64,000 nucleotides of DNA from Octopus vulgaris (Eukaryota): the NCBI GenBank assembly GCA_951406725.2, contig OX597832.1, forward strand, positions 8,494,001-8,558,000, given 5' to 3'. Position numbers and translations under genes: made by a program. Shown here piece by piece: positions 40,876 through 54,660 of the stretch (positions are counted from its first letter, which is position 1; the number at the start of each line of letters is the position of its first letter). Below the pieces are notes generated by a model. It searched no databases and had not been told where the DNA came from. It saw only the letters and a program-made list of their open reading frames with translations.

Positions 40876-42393
40876 GGTGTTCTGATGTTGCTAATAAAAT
40901 TATATTTATTTGCCTATATTTTCAAATAAATTTCGCTGGGTTATCCTGTTCTCTCTTTTCTTTTTTGTTTTTAATTTTCAATATAATTGATAGAAACCCT
41001 CCATTTTTCTATTACAGTTGCTGCATCATCATTTTCTCTAATTTTTTTCATCATTCTTCCCAAGGATATTTTTATTTCAACAGAAAGAAAATTCAATTTG
41101 TACATCATACATATTTGCTTTTATTGTTAAATACCGTGTTAGCTTTAAATGAATCAACACAACTATTGAGTATATGCGCTACATCCATGGACATGCCGTT
41201 ATATATTTCGGGTATTTTATATGTAACGTGTATTCCGTAGTTTGAGGGCTATTTAACTTCTTCATCTAGCGGTCGCGTAACTTCAATGAATCGCTTAACC
41301 GCATTGATATCTTGCTTTCAAATATTTGCAAAGTTATTTATTTGTCAGTTCTTGGTTATTTTTAATTCCATAACTTCTTAATAATGTAGGACTACATCTA
41401 CTACACCGTCATAAACCCTACGGTTATTAATTTGAGTTAGATTGATCGCTGTACCTTTGACCATTGCAGACTTCATTAGGATGAAATGGATTTGGGAATC
41501 CAGATATTAGTAGAGTATTTTGTTTAGCACTTTACGTACGTTATCATTTCGCGGAATATATCATTTTTATGTGGATGAATATTGTCTTCAATCATTTGAG
41601 TGCAATTTATTGCACGGAAATTCTGAAGATGTCGGTTAGGTTGGTGGGAAGTAATAACAAATTGGTGGATAGAATTCGCTATATATGCATTCCTATCGGT
41701 ATCTTTATCATTGTATGTACTTTTGCATATACCTGTAATGTGTGTATGCGTGGATCTATGAATGCGATATGAAATAGTTGCGGCTATTTAATCTTGATCA
41801 TATTAGGATCACATATATAATATCACACAAACACACACTGGAGTATGCATACACGTTTGCATATGATGGTAGTCTTCTGATCCTAGAAAACTCATTTCTG
41901 AACATCCTTGCTGAACAACCTGCATATAGTGGTCATATGTTTCTGCTGTACTTTCCCAATGAAATCAATGTTCCCTGAACAGGTGTACTGTGTGTCACAT
42001 GTCAGTTGTTGAAGTGATCGCACGGAAATATGACATATAGGGTTTCATTCAAGAAGACAATGCACCATCCAGTTCAGGAATGTGCAGAAAATTCTCGCGA
42101 TCGGGAGTAGTACAACTCATCTTAATGAATCGACCGTGTGGCTCATATACGTACATACATACGTCTATACATACATATACACATACATACATACATATAT
42201 ATGTATATATATTAATAATAGTTTTTGGTGCATCTTGATGTTGACATAAGTTCCTTGCTTTTCCTTATGAGAAAGCGGCATAATATACTCCTTATTTCTT
42301 CGCAATTAGGAATATGCAGCCTTCGAAACATATGTCGAAAATTTAGGAATTTTGTTAATTCGTCGTTCAACTCCATTCTTTCATACATTTGCA

Positions 42394-42460
<67 letters not shown>

Positions 42461-42587
42461 GTATATATGTATGTATGTATATACATATATAAGTATATAA
42501 ATATATGTGTATATATTTATATGTATGTATTTATATATATATATATATTAATATATAAATATATATCTATATGCATATATATATATA

Positions 42588-42635
<48 letters not shown>

Positions 42636-45600
42636 AATACACACACACACAAATATATATGTATATATATAGATATATATATATATATATATAAATGCAT
42701 AATCATCGTTACTAAGTTTAGTAACATCAGCTGATATGTGTGAGATTTGGCAGAGTAACAATTGGACCAGTCTCCAATCCGAAGTTAATTGATCTTTATT
42801 TCTTCAAATGTTGCACAGTTACACAAAGGCATCTAGTACGTTGCACTTCTTTCCTGAACTGAACTTTAAAAAATTCTTTCTTATGGATACAGTATTGATT
42901 TCTATCATTGACACACTACAATTCGCTTCCGACAATTCTCCAGTGAGAATGTTTCCTTTTGATCCCTCCAAAATGAAATCTAACTATTACAAATTCACTT
43001 TGATGCGATCTGGGTTTGTGTATAGACGACATTGAAAACCATCGATATTTTGTGTCGCATATCAATCATCCAATTCTCTGTATGATTATGTGTCAAGATA
43101 TTGCTTACTTATACAAGTAGACAAACTACAACCATGCCGCACTCTAGTAGTTGTGATTTCAATCGAACATTTAACGTCACAAATTGATTATATGGTATAT
43201 TTATTGACAAAGGCATGGAAGGGACTTGAAATCGCAACGTAAAGAGGCAAAAAATGTATATTAAATGATTCTCTATTTATTGTCTCCTGATAAATATAAG
43301 GTAAATATGTAGAAGTCGAGGTTATACGAAACTCAGAACGTAAAGGGACGTAACTTGTTCTAAAGTTCTAGAGTTCTAGAGTGCATTGACAGTTCATCTG
43401 AAACTTTTGTCAGTTGACTGACCTGTGAGAGTAAATATTTCAAAATCATTCCGTCTGCTTCTCAGCAATCACTGCCAAAATTTCACTGTTCAAGAATTAC
43501 GTAAAATATTAAAGAAATATACACGCTTTCTTCAGAAAAATAAGTTGCCAAATTAACCATTATAAATTTGGCAACTTGCTAATAAAGTGCAAATAGGATT
43601 TAAAAGCATGAATTATTGAAGTTACTGATTGCCTCAATAAGAACCTTTTTTATTATCATTCAAGAAACATGACAACTACATTATTATGAATTCACATTGA
43701 GTAATTATTTTGTGAAGATTTACGTTATAAATTTGATGTAATAAATGTTATTGTTATATAACCCTAAGTTGGTGAGCTGGTCGAAGTGATGGAGTGTCGG
43801 TAGAAAATTGTTTGCATGAATTCTTCTTGTCTTTTATATTTTGGCTTCAAATTTCACCGGGGACAACTTAGCGTTTTCTCATTTCTGAGATATGTACCAG
43901 CCATGTACTGAGGTCGATGAAATCAACTTGCCCCACTCCTATTGAGCTGATATATGCTGAAAGGCGTTCCAGCCAACGTTTCAATCAAGCAGAGTGCCGC
44001 TAGACTACATTGATCAAAGTATCTTTAAGAAATTGAAATAAGATTTCAATGCGATGTATTAAAATGTGTCAACATAAGAAATTGATTAAGTTCAATGATT
44101 TTGTTAGGTGTCATATTCGACTTACTGAAACAGTATTTTCTAGGTTATTTTCATCAATATGATTGAAATTAGATTCGTAATGAGTCCTGACAATGTATAT
44201 ATATATTTAAGCGTAAATGTCGTACATTGAAAATGAGCGCTCAACACTGCACTGGTTGAAAAAAATTCTTTATTTGATTATTAAGGCTACCATTGGTTTC
44301 ATGTTTAGAAAATATCTTAATATTTTAACATTTTGAAAGCCGATCCAATGTAGGAATGGTGTTCATCTCCATTTTGGCTTAAAACACGATAAATGTATAG
44401 TAAGGTGTATTACTGCATAAAAATTTCATAGTACATAAGTAATAAAGGATTATGATTTTAGAAGCAAAATATATTTACTGATGAAGCGGATGGACAGTCA
44501 AAAGGGAACAAGTCTATTCCGTTAAAATGTAAAATAATGATACAGGATAAAACCGTTTTTCTTCATAAACATTACTGTTGCTGAAACCTTGCTTGAAGTA
44601 TTTAATACCACGATGCATCGAAAGAAATCGTACGAGAAATATCAAACCTGTATCACACAAAAAATCCCGCACTGCCACCTTACCAAATAGAAAACATATC
44701 AGATATTGTAGCATGACTACATGAGCAGATACTTAAAATAAGTAACAGAATGATGACTACTGGGGCATATTTGCTCATAAATCTATTCGATCAGGGCTCA
44801 TATGGAATTAAAAATAAAGCAAAAAAGCATTATTATAAACCTCATTAGCCTCTTAAAATTAGATTTGACAACCAATGTGCGGAATTGCTTACTGATCTGA
44901 AACAGAGCAAGTCTCTATTTGATTGAACTAAAATATTTTTCGCCTTTTAATATAAAATTTAGATTGACTTCATTGCATCCTGCTCAGTTTTTGATTCATG
45001 TGTACATATTCAGTCAAGCAGAAAATATTTGACATTTGTAAATAAAACACCGGCTAGCAGATAATAAGTGAAATTGCTGCAAGGAAATATGCAACCTGAT
45101 GTTCGTCCGATTGAAACCGACCCATCTCTCGACAGGTCTTCGATTCGATGTTACATTGATCTTTAGTCAGAAGTTTGGTTTTAATTTATTTACAAGTGGT
45201 ATTTCTGGGATATTAAGTATAATACATTTTTAATGATTGCAGGATTAATAAGGATTCTTAATTATATAAATTGTAAAGGAAAAGTAGAATAAATATGAAG
45301 TGTCTGTAGCATTTAATGTAGGGCCTAACGTGACTATTACTCTGTTTATTATATGTAACTCTGCAACCAAAAACCTGCTGTGAGGTCACATAATCTGCTA
45401 GAAAGAGCCGTCACATCTTTTCCGAAACATTCTTTTCTTTTTATGTCATAAGGAATAAAGCATTGTACAATGCAGCACGGCACATACACTTGTACCTTCA
45501 GTACATAGAGTAAATGCAAGACAATAGCACTGTTCAGATCTTATGCCATTTAGTCATTTAATCAGTTTTACTCAGTCAATAATGGCAGAAATGTGTGGTC

Positions 45601-45974
45601 AAATTATGATGCCCATGGGTCACCTAACGGTGATGAATGAGGCGACGATTTACGTATGGCTGCCACGTATACATAATCAAGGAAGGTGTTTTGTTATTGC
45701 ATTTTACTTTCTGTATAAAGTTCTTTACTTTACGAATAGTTTGTTAACTCATTCAATATTTAATATTTTATTATAATTGAAAATAGGGATACAAATATAA
45801 TATTCAGATGATCTGCCATACAAAGCAATTTTGAAACCTTAAATACTGTTGCGATTCTAATTTTTCTTCAAATATACAGATCAATCAAATGTAGGTAGGT
45901 TTATCTCCAACCATCGTCAAGCGACTTCGTCTGAAAGCTATCAGTCTTTATTTCAAAAAGATATATATCATTCT

Positions 45975-46445
45975 TATTGAAATGTCTAAATTGAACATTG
46001 TGTTTCTTAACTGCTTTCAAAAGGATGACATCATGAATGGAAAGTACTATACCTATTGCTTGCATTTCTTAATTTGCTTCCTAATTGTCGATAGGCTATC
46101 AAAAACTAAGGCTCAAGAAAACTGACGAAGGGCGTTTTGTTGTATGAGGATAATCCGCCAGCACACAAATCTTTAGTTTCAATGGTTGCTGTGGATATCA
46201 GTGGCTTTAAACTGGTTGATCAGCCTCCTTCTTCTGATTTGGCTCCATCTTACTATCATATGTTACCCAGCATGAAAATATCGCTTGGCCAGCATCACAG
46301 TGATGACGACATATCGGCTGTTGATGAATTTCTTGACCACTAATAGGATCCAAGCACTGCAACACCAATGAAAGAAGTGTGGACTGCTTCGGCCACTATA
46401 TTGAAATATAAATCTCATTTGGTTACATTGTTCAGCCTTTAACAT
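45975..46445 (+). mobile_element. Mariner (DD34D-type) transposase C-terminal relic
   Basis: LYEDNPPAHKSLVSM...GFKLVDQPPSSDLAPSYYHMLPSMK (resembles HQDNAPAH and HPPYSPDLAPSDY), then IQALQHQ*KKC...YIE. Confidence 0.88.
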
Positions 46446-47514
46446 TTTAAGTCGAACACCGTAGAAATAGCAGACAACATTCTGAATTCAGTCTATCACT
46501 ATATAAATATCCAGAATTAAGACAAACGATAGCAATTGGGGTCATATTCATTTAAAACTAATATAGATGAAGACGTCTTTCATCTCTAGAGATGACACAA
46601 ATATTCCGAAAAATATCTTGTCATAAAAATATTATTTGTATTACGTAATTTGCTTCGTAGTAGTTGATAATATTCTAGACGTCGTAGCTTCACTAGTTTC
46701 AGAGTAAGAGAAAAGACAACTCAAATAATGAGTCGAACAAACAAACATCACAAAACAGAGACATATAATTGTTTTACATACTCGATGTTAATGCTACAAA
46801 GTGTACGGCTGTTAGATGGTAGTTGCTGCGAAGTATTTGTTAATTCTTACTAAATTTCCTTTCTTCACACAGATCCTGATCTTCTTATTTACTAGCGTAA
46901 TTGAAAAATTACTGGGTATATTTTGTTGGAACCAATGAAACCGCTTTCATCATGTAAACTTTCATCCGACATCCGTTATTTCATTATTAATGGTATCATT
47001 CAGTAAATGAGTCACGCCATTGGTCAAAAGATCAACATCTATAATTTGATTTCGTCTCTCTTTATGGTCAGACATCTTTATACATCAATGCAAGCAATTC
47101 TTTGTACAATTTGGAGAGATCATTATTTTTACGACTTATGAGAGGGATTTAATAAAATATCTGCAGGAACAATAAGATAAACGACAAATTGAACAAAGTC
47201 AACAAGAAGAAAAAAAAAAGGAAATTGTCATTTAATGATAACGTTAACGACTTTTCACCTTGATTTCTACCAAATTTGTTTTATTTATATTATTGGAAAA
47301 CTATTTCTAATCAAATATCGTATCAATGGGGTATTTACGGAAAATAGGAAATAAAAACAAAATAATTCAATAACATCACTGACTGTGAGAATTTGTAACT
47401 TACTAGAAACAAATACTTTCTTGATGCTATATAATGATTATACCTCCGAGAATTGTGAAACAAGAGATGAAGAATTGACATAGTCAAACATTGATATAAT
47501 AAACAGACCAGGAA

Positions 47515-47572
<58 letters not shown>

Positions 47573-48255
47573 TTATAGATATACACAACATTCATAATCA
47601 CATAGTCACGTACGAAATACAGTATACCATCGTTAAAACACACCAACAAGTGAAAGAGTGTTCGCTTTATCCAATTGTATGAGTGAACTATATGTTAAGA
47701 AATGAAGTATATACGTATGAAATAGTGCGCGTATATACCTTCCCTGCTGAAAATGATTCTCATTTAAAATATTTCATAGAATGCATCACAACAATAAATA
47801 ACGTAATAAAATAAATTATATAAAATTATTTACCACTACGCAATATTTGTAAGACAACTACTAACCGATATCCTGAATATCTCTTACAAAATGATGTGAG
47901 ATAACCTTCAAAGCTATTGAACAAGAGCTACAGAATTCGCAGCTAGTTTGTAAGAAGCAGGTTCAAAATTCAATTCGACATCGTTCATTATAGAGCTACA
48001 TTGAAACATTAAACACCTTTTCACCGCATACTCCAGAAACATGTCTTCCCTCACCACACGTCAGTTCCTTTACAACAACAGATGATAACATAGCACTCTC
48101 ATCAAGGTTGTATTCTAAATAAATTTGTGTCAGAGTAACATTAGGTTTGTGTAAGTCCCAAAATGATTCTTATGTAACCATTATTCTTCGGAGAAAATGC
48201 CACGAATATACTAGTGAAACTCAGGGTTAGATTTAAGGCCGAGGTTTTAGTTTAC

Positions 48256-49039
48256 GGAAATCAAACTACTTTTCCAAGTTTGTGATCCAGAAACATGTTC
48301 GTTATTAACGGTAAGTGACTGTTTGCGTATATTTGCTACTCTGGTTTTGTGCATGTGAGCCGCACGGGCCTTCGTTTTTGGAATCTCCACTTACAGAAAA
48401 TGGAAAAAACAGTCTTTGACTGCCATTTCTAATTCCTTCGGTATGAGGCGAAGCAGCCTGCTGCTAGCCCTTTTATTTGCCTTACTATATACTGAACCTT
48501 ACAAAGTTCCTGACGATGAATTTGTCGTATTTACATACCGAAATTTACCGGTAAATAATTGTTGGTTACATGAAAAACCACAGAAAAATTATTTACCATT
48601 TTTATTGCATTACCATGTGGATCCCTTATTCCATTACGATTACCCAGAAGGCGCGCATGGCAGAATTTTGGAGGGAAAATTTACGTTCCCAGTCATTACT
48701 TAGTTTTAACATCTGCACACTTCCCCCCACTATCTGATGTCGCTGGGTCAGAAGTGAGGGCCTGTGGCATTTAGTAAATCTATCGAATATAGCGCCGAAG
48801 AAGGAAATCAAACTACTTTTCCAAGTTTGTGATCCAGAAACATGTTCGTTATTAACGGTAAGTGACTGTTTGCGTCTATTTGCTACTCCGGTTTTGTGCA
48901 TGTGAGCCGCACGGGCCTTCGTTTTTGGAATCTCCACTTACAGAAAATGGAAAAAACAGTCTTTGACTGCCATTTCTAATTCCTTCGGTATGAGGCGAAG
49001 CAGCCTGCTGCTAACCCTTTTATTTGCTTTACTATATAC
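48256..49039 (+). repeat. Tandem 547 bp-period module (237 bp near-identical direct repeats at 48256-48492 and 48803-49039) carrying hammerhead-like motifs; Penelope pseudo-LTR-like
   Basis: About 4 mismatches counted by eye over 237 bp. Motifs at 48510-48557 and 48789-48852; a diverged relative lies inverted at 53165-53545. Confidence 0.8.
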
Positions 49040-49044
49040 ATACA

Positions 49045-50687
49045 TAACTTAACTTAGAATAACTTAGAAAGGTTTTTGGCCAGTATTGGCCCAGGCCATG
49101 TCTAACTTAATAGCACCACCTGGCGAAGTCTTTCAGTTCAGGATTTGGGCACCAATGCCCATTCGAGCAGAGAGTTATTGTTTGCGGAGACATATCCGGG
49201 TGTGGGTGGTTTGTCCGGGACTGTTTGAAGGAATTTGTCCAAAGACTTCTTGAATTTTGTGTGGTCAGTTTCTTTTTTGACGTGTCCTGGTGTAATTTTG
49301 AAGAGAGCGGGTCCAATTGAGGTGAAATAGTTGTGCCGTATTGTCGTTAAGTGATGCGATTTAGATTTTTGTTGTGGACGGATGGCACGAGGTCCAAGCC
49401 TTGGATGCATTTTGAAGGTGATGCCAACATCATTCGGACAGTGCTGATGGAATATTTTCCACATCATATAGATAATGTAGCGTTCACGGCGTCGTTGGAG
49501 TGAATACAATTTCAGCTTCTCTAGTCTACCCCAGTAGTCAAGGTCTGACATGCCATCTATCTTTTTTGTGATTGACCTTTGGGGAGCTTCAATTCTCATA
49601 ATATTTTGTTTTGTGTAGGGAGACCACAGTGGACAGCAGTATTCAAGGTGGGGTCGGGCAAAAGTGGAGAAGTGAAGGATAATAGCGTGGGAATCTCTCG
49701 ACTGGAAGGTTCTGAGAATCCAGGAACACATTCTGCGGGCCATGTCAACTTTGCTGCTTATATGTGTAGCCCAGCTTATGTTGTTGTCCACTGTTACTCC
49801 CAGGTCTCTGATGTTCTTGGATGCCATGAGAATTTCTCCAGAAGGAAGAGAGTATGGGAGTTTCAGAGCGTCCTCCCTTCCAAAGTGGATCAGTTCGAAT
49901 TTGTCTTCATTTAGCAACATGTTATTCTTTTCCGCCCATTGGACAACAGCCAGTAGGTCTGACTGAAGGTTTATTCGGTCATCCACGCCATTGATGACCT
50001 TCTGGAGCTTGGAATCATCAGCGAAGGTTCTGTTGTTACTGTGTTTGATGGTGTCAGTAATATCATTTATGTAGATGATGAAGAGAAGTGGGCCCAACAC
50101 AGTGCCTTGTGGGACACCACTGCTGACTTTGGCTGGGCTGGATTTGACTCCTTCGACTACAACATGTTGGGTTCTGTTAGACAGGAAGCACTTGATCCAT
50201 TGCAGCAGCTTTCCAGTGACACCAATATTGGACAGCTTTCTCAGAAGGATCTTATGATCAACCCTGTCAAAGGCCTTGCTGAAATCAAGGTAGATGACAT
50301 CAGTGTTGGAACCTTCTCCCAAGGCTCTCAAAATGTCATCAAAATGATGCAGTAGCTGCATCAGGCAATCTCTCCCATTACGGAATCCATGCTGGTTGGG
50401 GTTCAGCATATTATGACTCTCAAGGAAGTGAGTCATACGCGATCTCAGCACCCTCTCAAATACCTTGATGATATGAGAGGTGAGTGAGATTGGACGGTAA
50501 TTCACGGCAAGCGATTTGTTTCCTTTTTTGAAAACTGGGACAACAGACTGGGATAGGAGGTCTTCTGGTATATATCCAGCATCCAGTGAGTTCCGCCACA
50601 GATTGGCTAGAGGGGGTGCAAGTTGGTTTTGACACATCTTCAAGACACAAGCAGGGAACCTATCGGGACCTACTGCTGAATCATGCT

Positions 50688-50690
<3 letters not shown>
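49045..50690 (-). mobile_element. 5'-truncated CR1-type LINE, young copy
   Basis: Intact RT frame, short 3' UTR and a TAAGT-type repeated tail at 49045-49067; the 5' end abuts (TA)n. Confidence 0.92.
49138..50688 (-). CDS. Reverse transcriptase (LINE ORF2 C-terminal 516 aa, no endonuclease domain, no native start)
   Basis: Motifs [56 protein letters not shown] and [10 protein letters not shown] with no stops. The N-terminal MYIYIY... of the listed ORF is microsatellite. Confidence 0.93.
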
Positions 50691-50784
<94 letters not shown>

Positions 50785-50801
50785 TTATATATGCATATGT
50801 A

Positions 50802-50909
<108 letters not shown>

Positions 50910-50911
50910 TA

Positions 50912-52165
50912 TAGGGAGAGTTCACGAAATAAACCAAAAGCGAAGACAGGTGGTGTACAAAGCAAACAGATGTATTACCATAACGCTCAAGTATTGATTA
51001 AATCTTTTACGTTTCGAGTCTACACTCTTCTATAGAAAGGGGCACAGAAAAAACAAGGAGAGAAACAAGGAGAGAAAAATGTGTGTAGTGGCTGCCGATC
51101 TATGCTGGTGACTGCCAAACAGAAGGGTCACAGAGGAGAGCGAAGAAGTAGGGAAGATAACAAAGTAAATATGACCCCCAACATGAAGGTGCGTGTGTGT
51201 ATAAGACAGTACATACGTGCGTGTGAAAGAGGGCTGGTGTGTGCGTGTATGTGTAGGTGTGAAAATGTGGGGATAGGAATTAGTGCTGGTGTGTTGTGAT
51301 GTGATGAGTAATGTTGTATGGTGTAGTTTGGTCGGGTGTGATGTTGTTGGGAGGTGAGGGAGGCGAGAGTGGGCTAAGCACGGGGGCGGGATGTGGGTTC
51401 GGCTGAGAGTCTGGGTAGAGTTGGTGCATGTGGGTAGGAAGAGGGTGGGGGTAGATGTGAGGTTTGTGAGTGGGCACAGGGTGGAGAAGAGGTAGAGTAT
51501 GTGGGAGAGGTTGTATGGGATAGGATGGGGTGGGATAGAAAGGATAGAAAAGGTGGAATAGGAATGTGTAGGGGTGGGGTTTTCTTATGGGGAGGATTGA
51601 CGATAAAGGAGGAAGGGGAAGGTGTGTATGTGAGGAGAGAGAGAGTAAGAGAGAAGAGAGAAAGAGAGTAGGGATGAACAGAAGTAGGAGTGAAGAGATG
51701 TAGGAGTGAAGAGCAGTAGGAGTGAAGAGAAGGAGAAGTGAAGAGAAGTAGGAGTCGGGGCAAGATAGGAGAGATGGGTGGGAGGGAGTGGGAGAGAAGC
51801 AAGGGGAGGAGGTTAGATGAAGAGGAGAGGAGAGTTGAGCGAAGAGAGAAGACTCCTGATCACGACGCAAAAAGGAGTCAGGATGACAATCCGAACACGG
51901 ACAGGTGTTGCACAGATTGACCGGTAGAGCGGAAATGGCGTGAGATCGAGGTGTCCTTGCTGAGGCGGATGTCCCGGAGGTGTTTCGAGAACCAGTCAGC
52001 CAAGCGGTGTCCCGTTTGTCCGATGTACAGAGAGCAGGAGATGCAATATATGATATTCGTAGAGGTGCAGCTGAAGGAGTCGGTGATGCGATAGGGTCGA
52101 TGATGGGTGCCGGAGAGGAGGATGGTTTTGGAGAGGTAAGGGCAAGTGCGGCAGCGTGGGCGGGA
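50912..52165 (-). mobile_element. Penelope-like element 3' fragment: GIY-YIG endonuclease, pyrimidine-rich spacer and terminal repeat with hammerhead-like remnant
   Basis: PRCRTCPY...[42 protein letters not shown]...[20 protein letters not shown] at about 51880-52165. Motif CTTT-CTATAGA-A-GAGT(GTAG)ACTC-GAAACGTA-AAAG at 51004-51039. Confidence 0.85.
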
Positions 52166-52201
52166 TATATACATATATGTGTGGGGTGTGTATATGTATA
52201 T

Positions 52202-52263
<62 letters not shown>

Positions 52264-52350
52264 GTATGGATGTATATATATATATATATATATGTATGTA
52301 TATATATATGTATGTATATATATATATATATATGTAAATGTATATATATA

Positions 52351-52381
<31 letters not shown>

Positions 52382-52436
52382 ACATACATATATATATATA
52401 TACATATATATATACATATATACATATATATATATA

Positions 52437-52467
<31 letters not shown>

Positions 52468-53128
52468 ACATACATACATACATACATACATACATACACA
52501 CACACATTATATATCATGTTGATTTTAAATCCTGGCAGAAATCCAGAAATTTTAAGAATGGGGAATAGTCTATTACATCGACACCAGTGCTCAACTGGTA
52601 TATATTTTATATAACGGGTTACAATGAAACACATAAATACGGGGTGAAAGCCGCTAAGCATTTAGTCCGGCGTGCTATTTTTAGAGCACACCTACTTATA
52701 TGTGTGTAATTTTGAAGATGTTCATTATAATGAGAATGTATCGGAATGAATCGGAAAGATTTTAATAATCATAAATACATCAATCTCTTTATCTTTGGTA
52801 TGTTGATATTTCCGTAATCCATATCGAGATTCAATACTTCTGATCTTTCACTGAATGCATGTTCTCGTGAATACTTCTCGGAGCGTAAGTGTTTATTCAT
52901 CCCACGTTATCTGTCAAACGACTTGTTTTCAAGGAGATCGGATGAGTTTCGTTATGCATAATGTACATGATTACATAAATACCACCAAAGACACACACAC
53001 ATACACTCACACTCATACTCAGGCACACATATATGTTAACTATAATATAATAGGATGAACACTCGCGTCGGAGACGAGCGTATGAGCGTTCAGATTTTTT
53101 GCCGAACGACCTGCAGAAATGATTTGTT

Positions 53129-53164
<36 letters not shown>

Positions 53165-53169
<5 letters not shown>

Positions 53170-53545
53170 GGGCAAGCAGCAGGCTGCTTAGCCACATACA
53201 GAAAAAATAGAAATAGCATTCAAATACCACTTATTTCTATTTTCTACAAATATAACTCCACATACAACAAATACATATAAATCACATATGTAAAACAGAA
53301 GGAAAAAAAATAACGAAAACAAAGTCTTCGGTTAGTTACGAGCGTGTTTCTGAATTAGAATTATAAATCAACTCATTTCTTTCTTCGGCGCAACATTCCA
53401 CTTAAATAGATTTTGCAAATGCTATTCATACATCCAGTTTCCCGAACTTGTGTCATCGGATATAGTAGTAGATACCCAGCATGGCCCAAATCCATAAGAC
53501 GAATGAATTCGTACTTTCCCGCCAAAATTTTACCATGTGCGTCAC
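53165..53545 (-). mobile_element. Diverged inverted relative of the 48256-49039 module
   Basis: AAGGGC.AGCAGCAGGCTGCTT.GCC.CATAC, TGTTTCTG, TTCTTCGGCGC and TTTCCC.CCAAAATT.T.CCATG.GCG are collinear with the reverse complement of 48650-49025. Confidence 0.7.
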
Positions 53546-53575
53546 AAAAATAGTTCTTTACAAATAGAACTAATT

Positions 53576-54064
53576 GATGCCACGTAGTGGGACTGAACCC
53601 GGAACCATGTGGTTGGTTAGCAAGCTACTTACCACACTGCCACTCCTGCGCCTATTACTCTTTACTCTTTTACTTGTTTCAGTGATTTGACTGCGGCCAT
53701 GCTGGAGCACCGCCTGTAGTCGAGCAAATAGACCTCGGGACTTATTCTTTGTAAGCACAGTACTTATTCTATCGGTCACTTTTGCCGAACCGCTAAGTGA
53801 CTGGGACGTAAACACACCAGCGTCGGTTGTCTAGCAATGCTAGAGGGACAAACACAAACACACAAACATATACACACACATACATATATATACATATATA
53901 CGACGGGCTTCTTTCAGTTTCCGTCTACCAAATCCACTCACAAGGCTTTGGTCGGCCCGAGGCTATAGCAGAAGAGACTTGCCCAAGATGCCACTCAGTG
54001 GGACTGAACCCGGAACCATGTGGTTGGTTAGCAAGCTACTTACCACACAGCCACTCCTGCGCCT
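53576..54064 (-). mobile_element. Full-length major tRNA-derived SINE (53654-54064) followed by a second copy of its 5' head (53576-53653)
   Basis: Head AGGCGCAGGAGTGGC.GTGTGGTAAGTAGCTTGCTAACCAACCACATGGTTCCGGGTTCAGTCCCACT occurs twice. The full copy has an internal (TG/TA)n tract and a (GTAAAAGA)n tail. Confidence 0.88.
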
Positions 54065-54085
54065 ATATATGTATATATGTATATA

Positions 54086-54153
<68 letters not shown>

Positions 54154-54185
54154 TACATATATATATATGTATATATACATATATG

Positions 54186-54220
<35 letters not shown>

Positions 54221-54369
54221 CATAATATATACATATATATATATGTCACTTGGAAATGAATGCGTGGCTTTTAGCCATATAATAACATGAATAATATATA
54301 ATATATATGCATATATAAATACATGTACCTACTTACACAAATATGTATATACACATGCACATATCGGTA

Positions 54370-54660
54370 CAGGACGTGAAAAAGACTAAACAACATGAAA
54401 AACGAGAACATGAAATACAAAAACAGGGAGAATGAAATATTTTACGAACAAAGAAAGAAACAAATAGAAAAACAATACGGGCAGCATAAAGAACAATCTC
54501 TTCATCAGTTGTTCATTGTTTTATCTACTCTGTATTTCGAGCATTAGGACAAGATGCGTCTTCTTCAAAACAGTTGCTCTTGCGAAGCAATTCAAATAAA
54601 ATTTGGGATTTGTGGAGGCAAAAAATAGTTGGTACCAAAAACAGGACTGTGAAAACAAAA
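54370..54660 (-). mobile_element. Penelope terminal-repeat-like module (family of 1-250)
   Basis: Homology to 1-125; minus-strand remnants TTGAAGAAGA..GCA...TGCTCGAAA and CTGATGAAG. Confidence 0.45.

Noticed and set aside
46122-46135. CTGACGAAGGG as a ribozyme core
   Set aside because: It lies within mariner coding sequence (KLTKGV) and has no downstream GAAA or stems.
48256-49039. TRIM or LTR retrotransposon interpretation of the 237 bp direct repeats
   Set aside because: No TG...CA termini, primer-binding site, polypurine tract or target-site duplication. The homolog at 53165 spans both repeat and spacer, which favours a tandem unit.
51280-52503. 407 aa Pro/Ser/Leu-rich ORF as a gene
   Set aside because: It is composed of TA microsatellite, an off-frame reading of the GIY-YIG region and a pyrimidine-rich low-complexity spacer.
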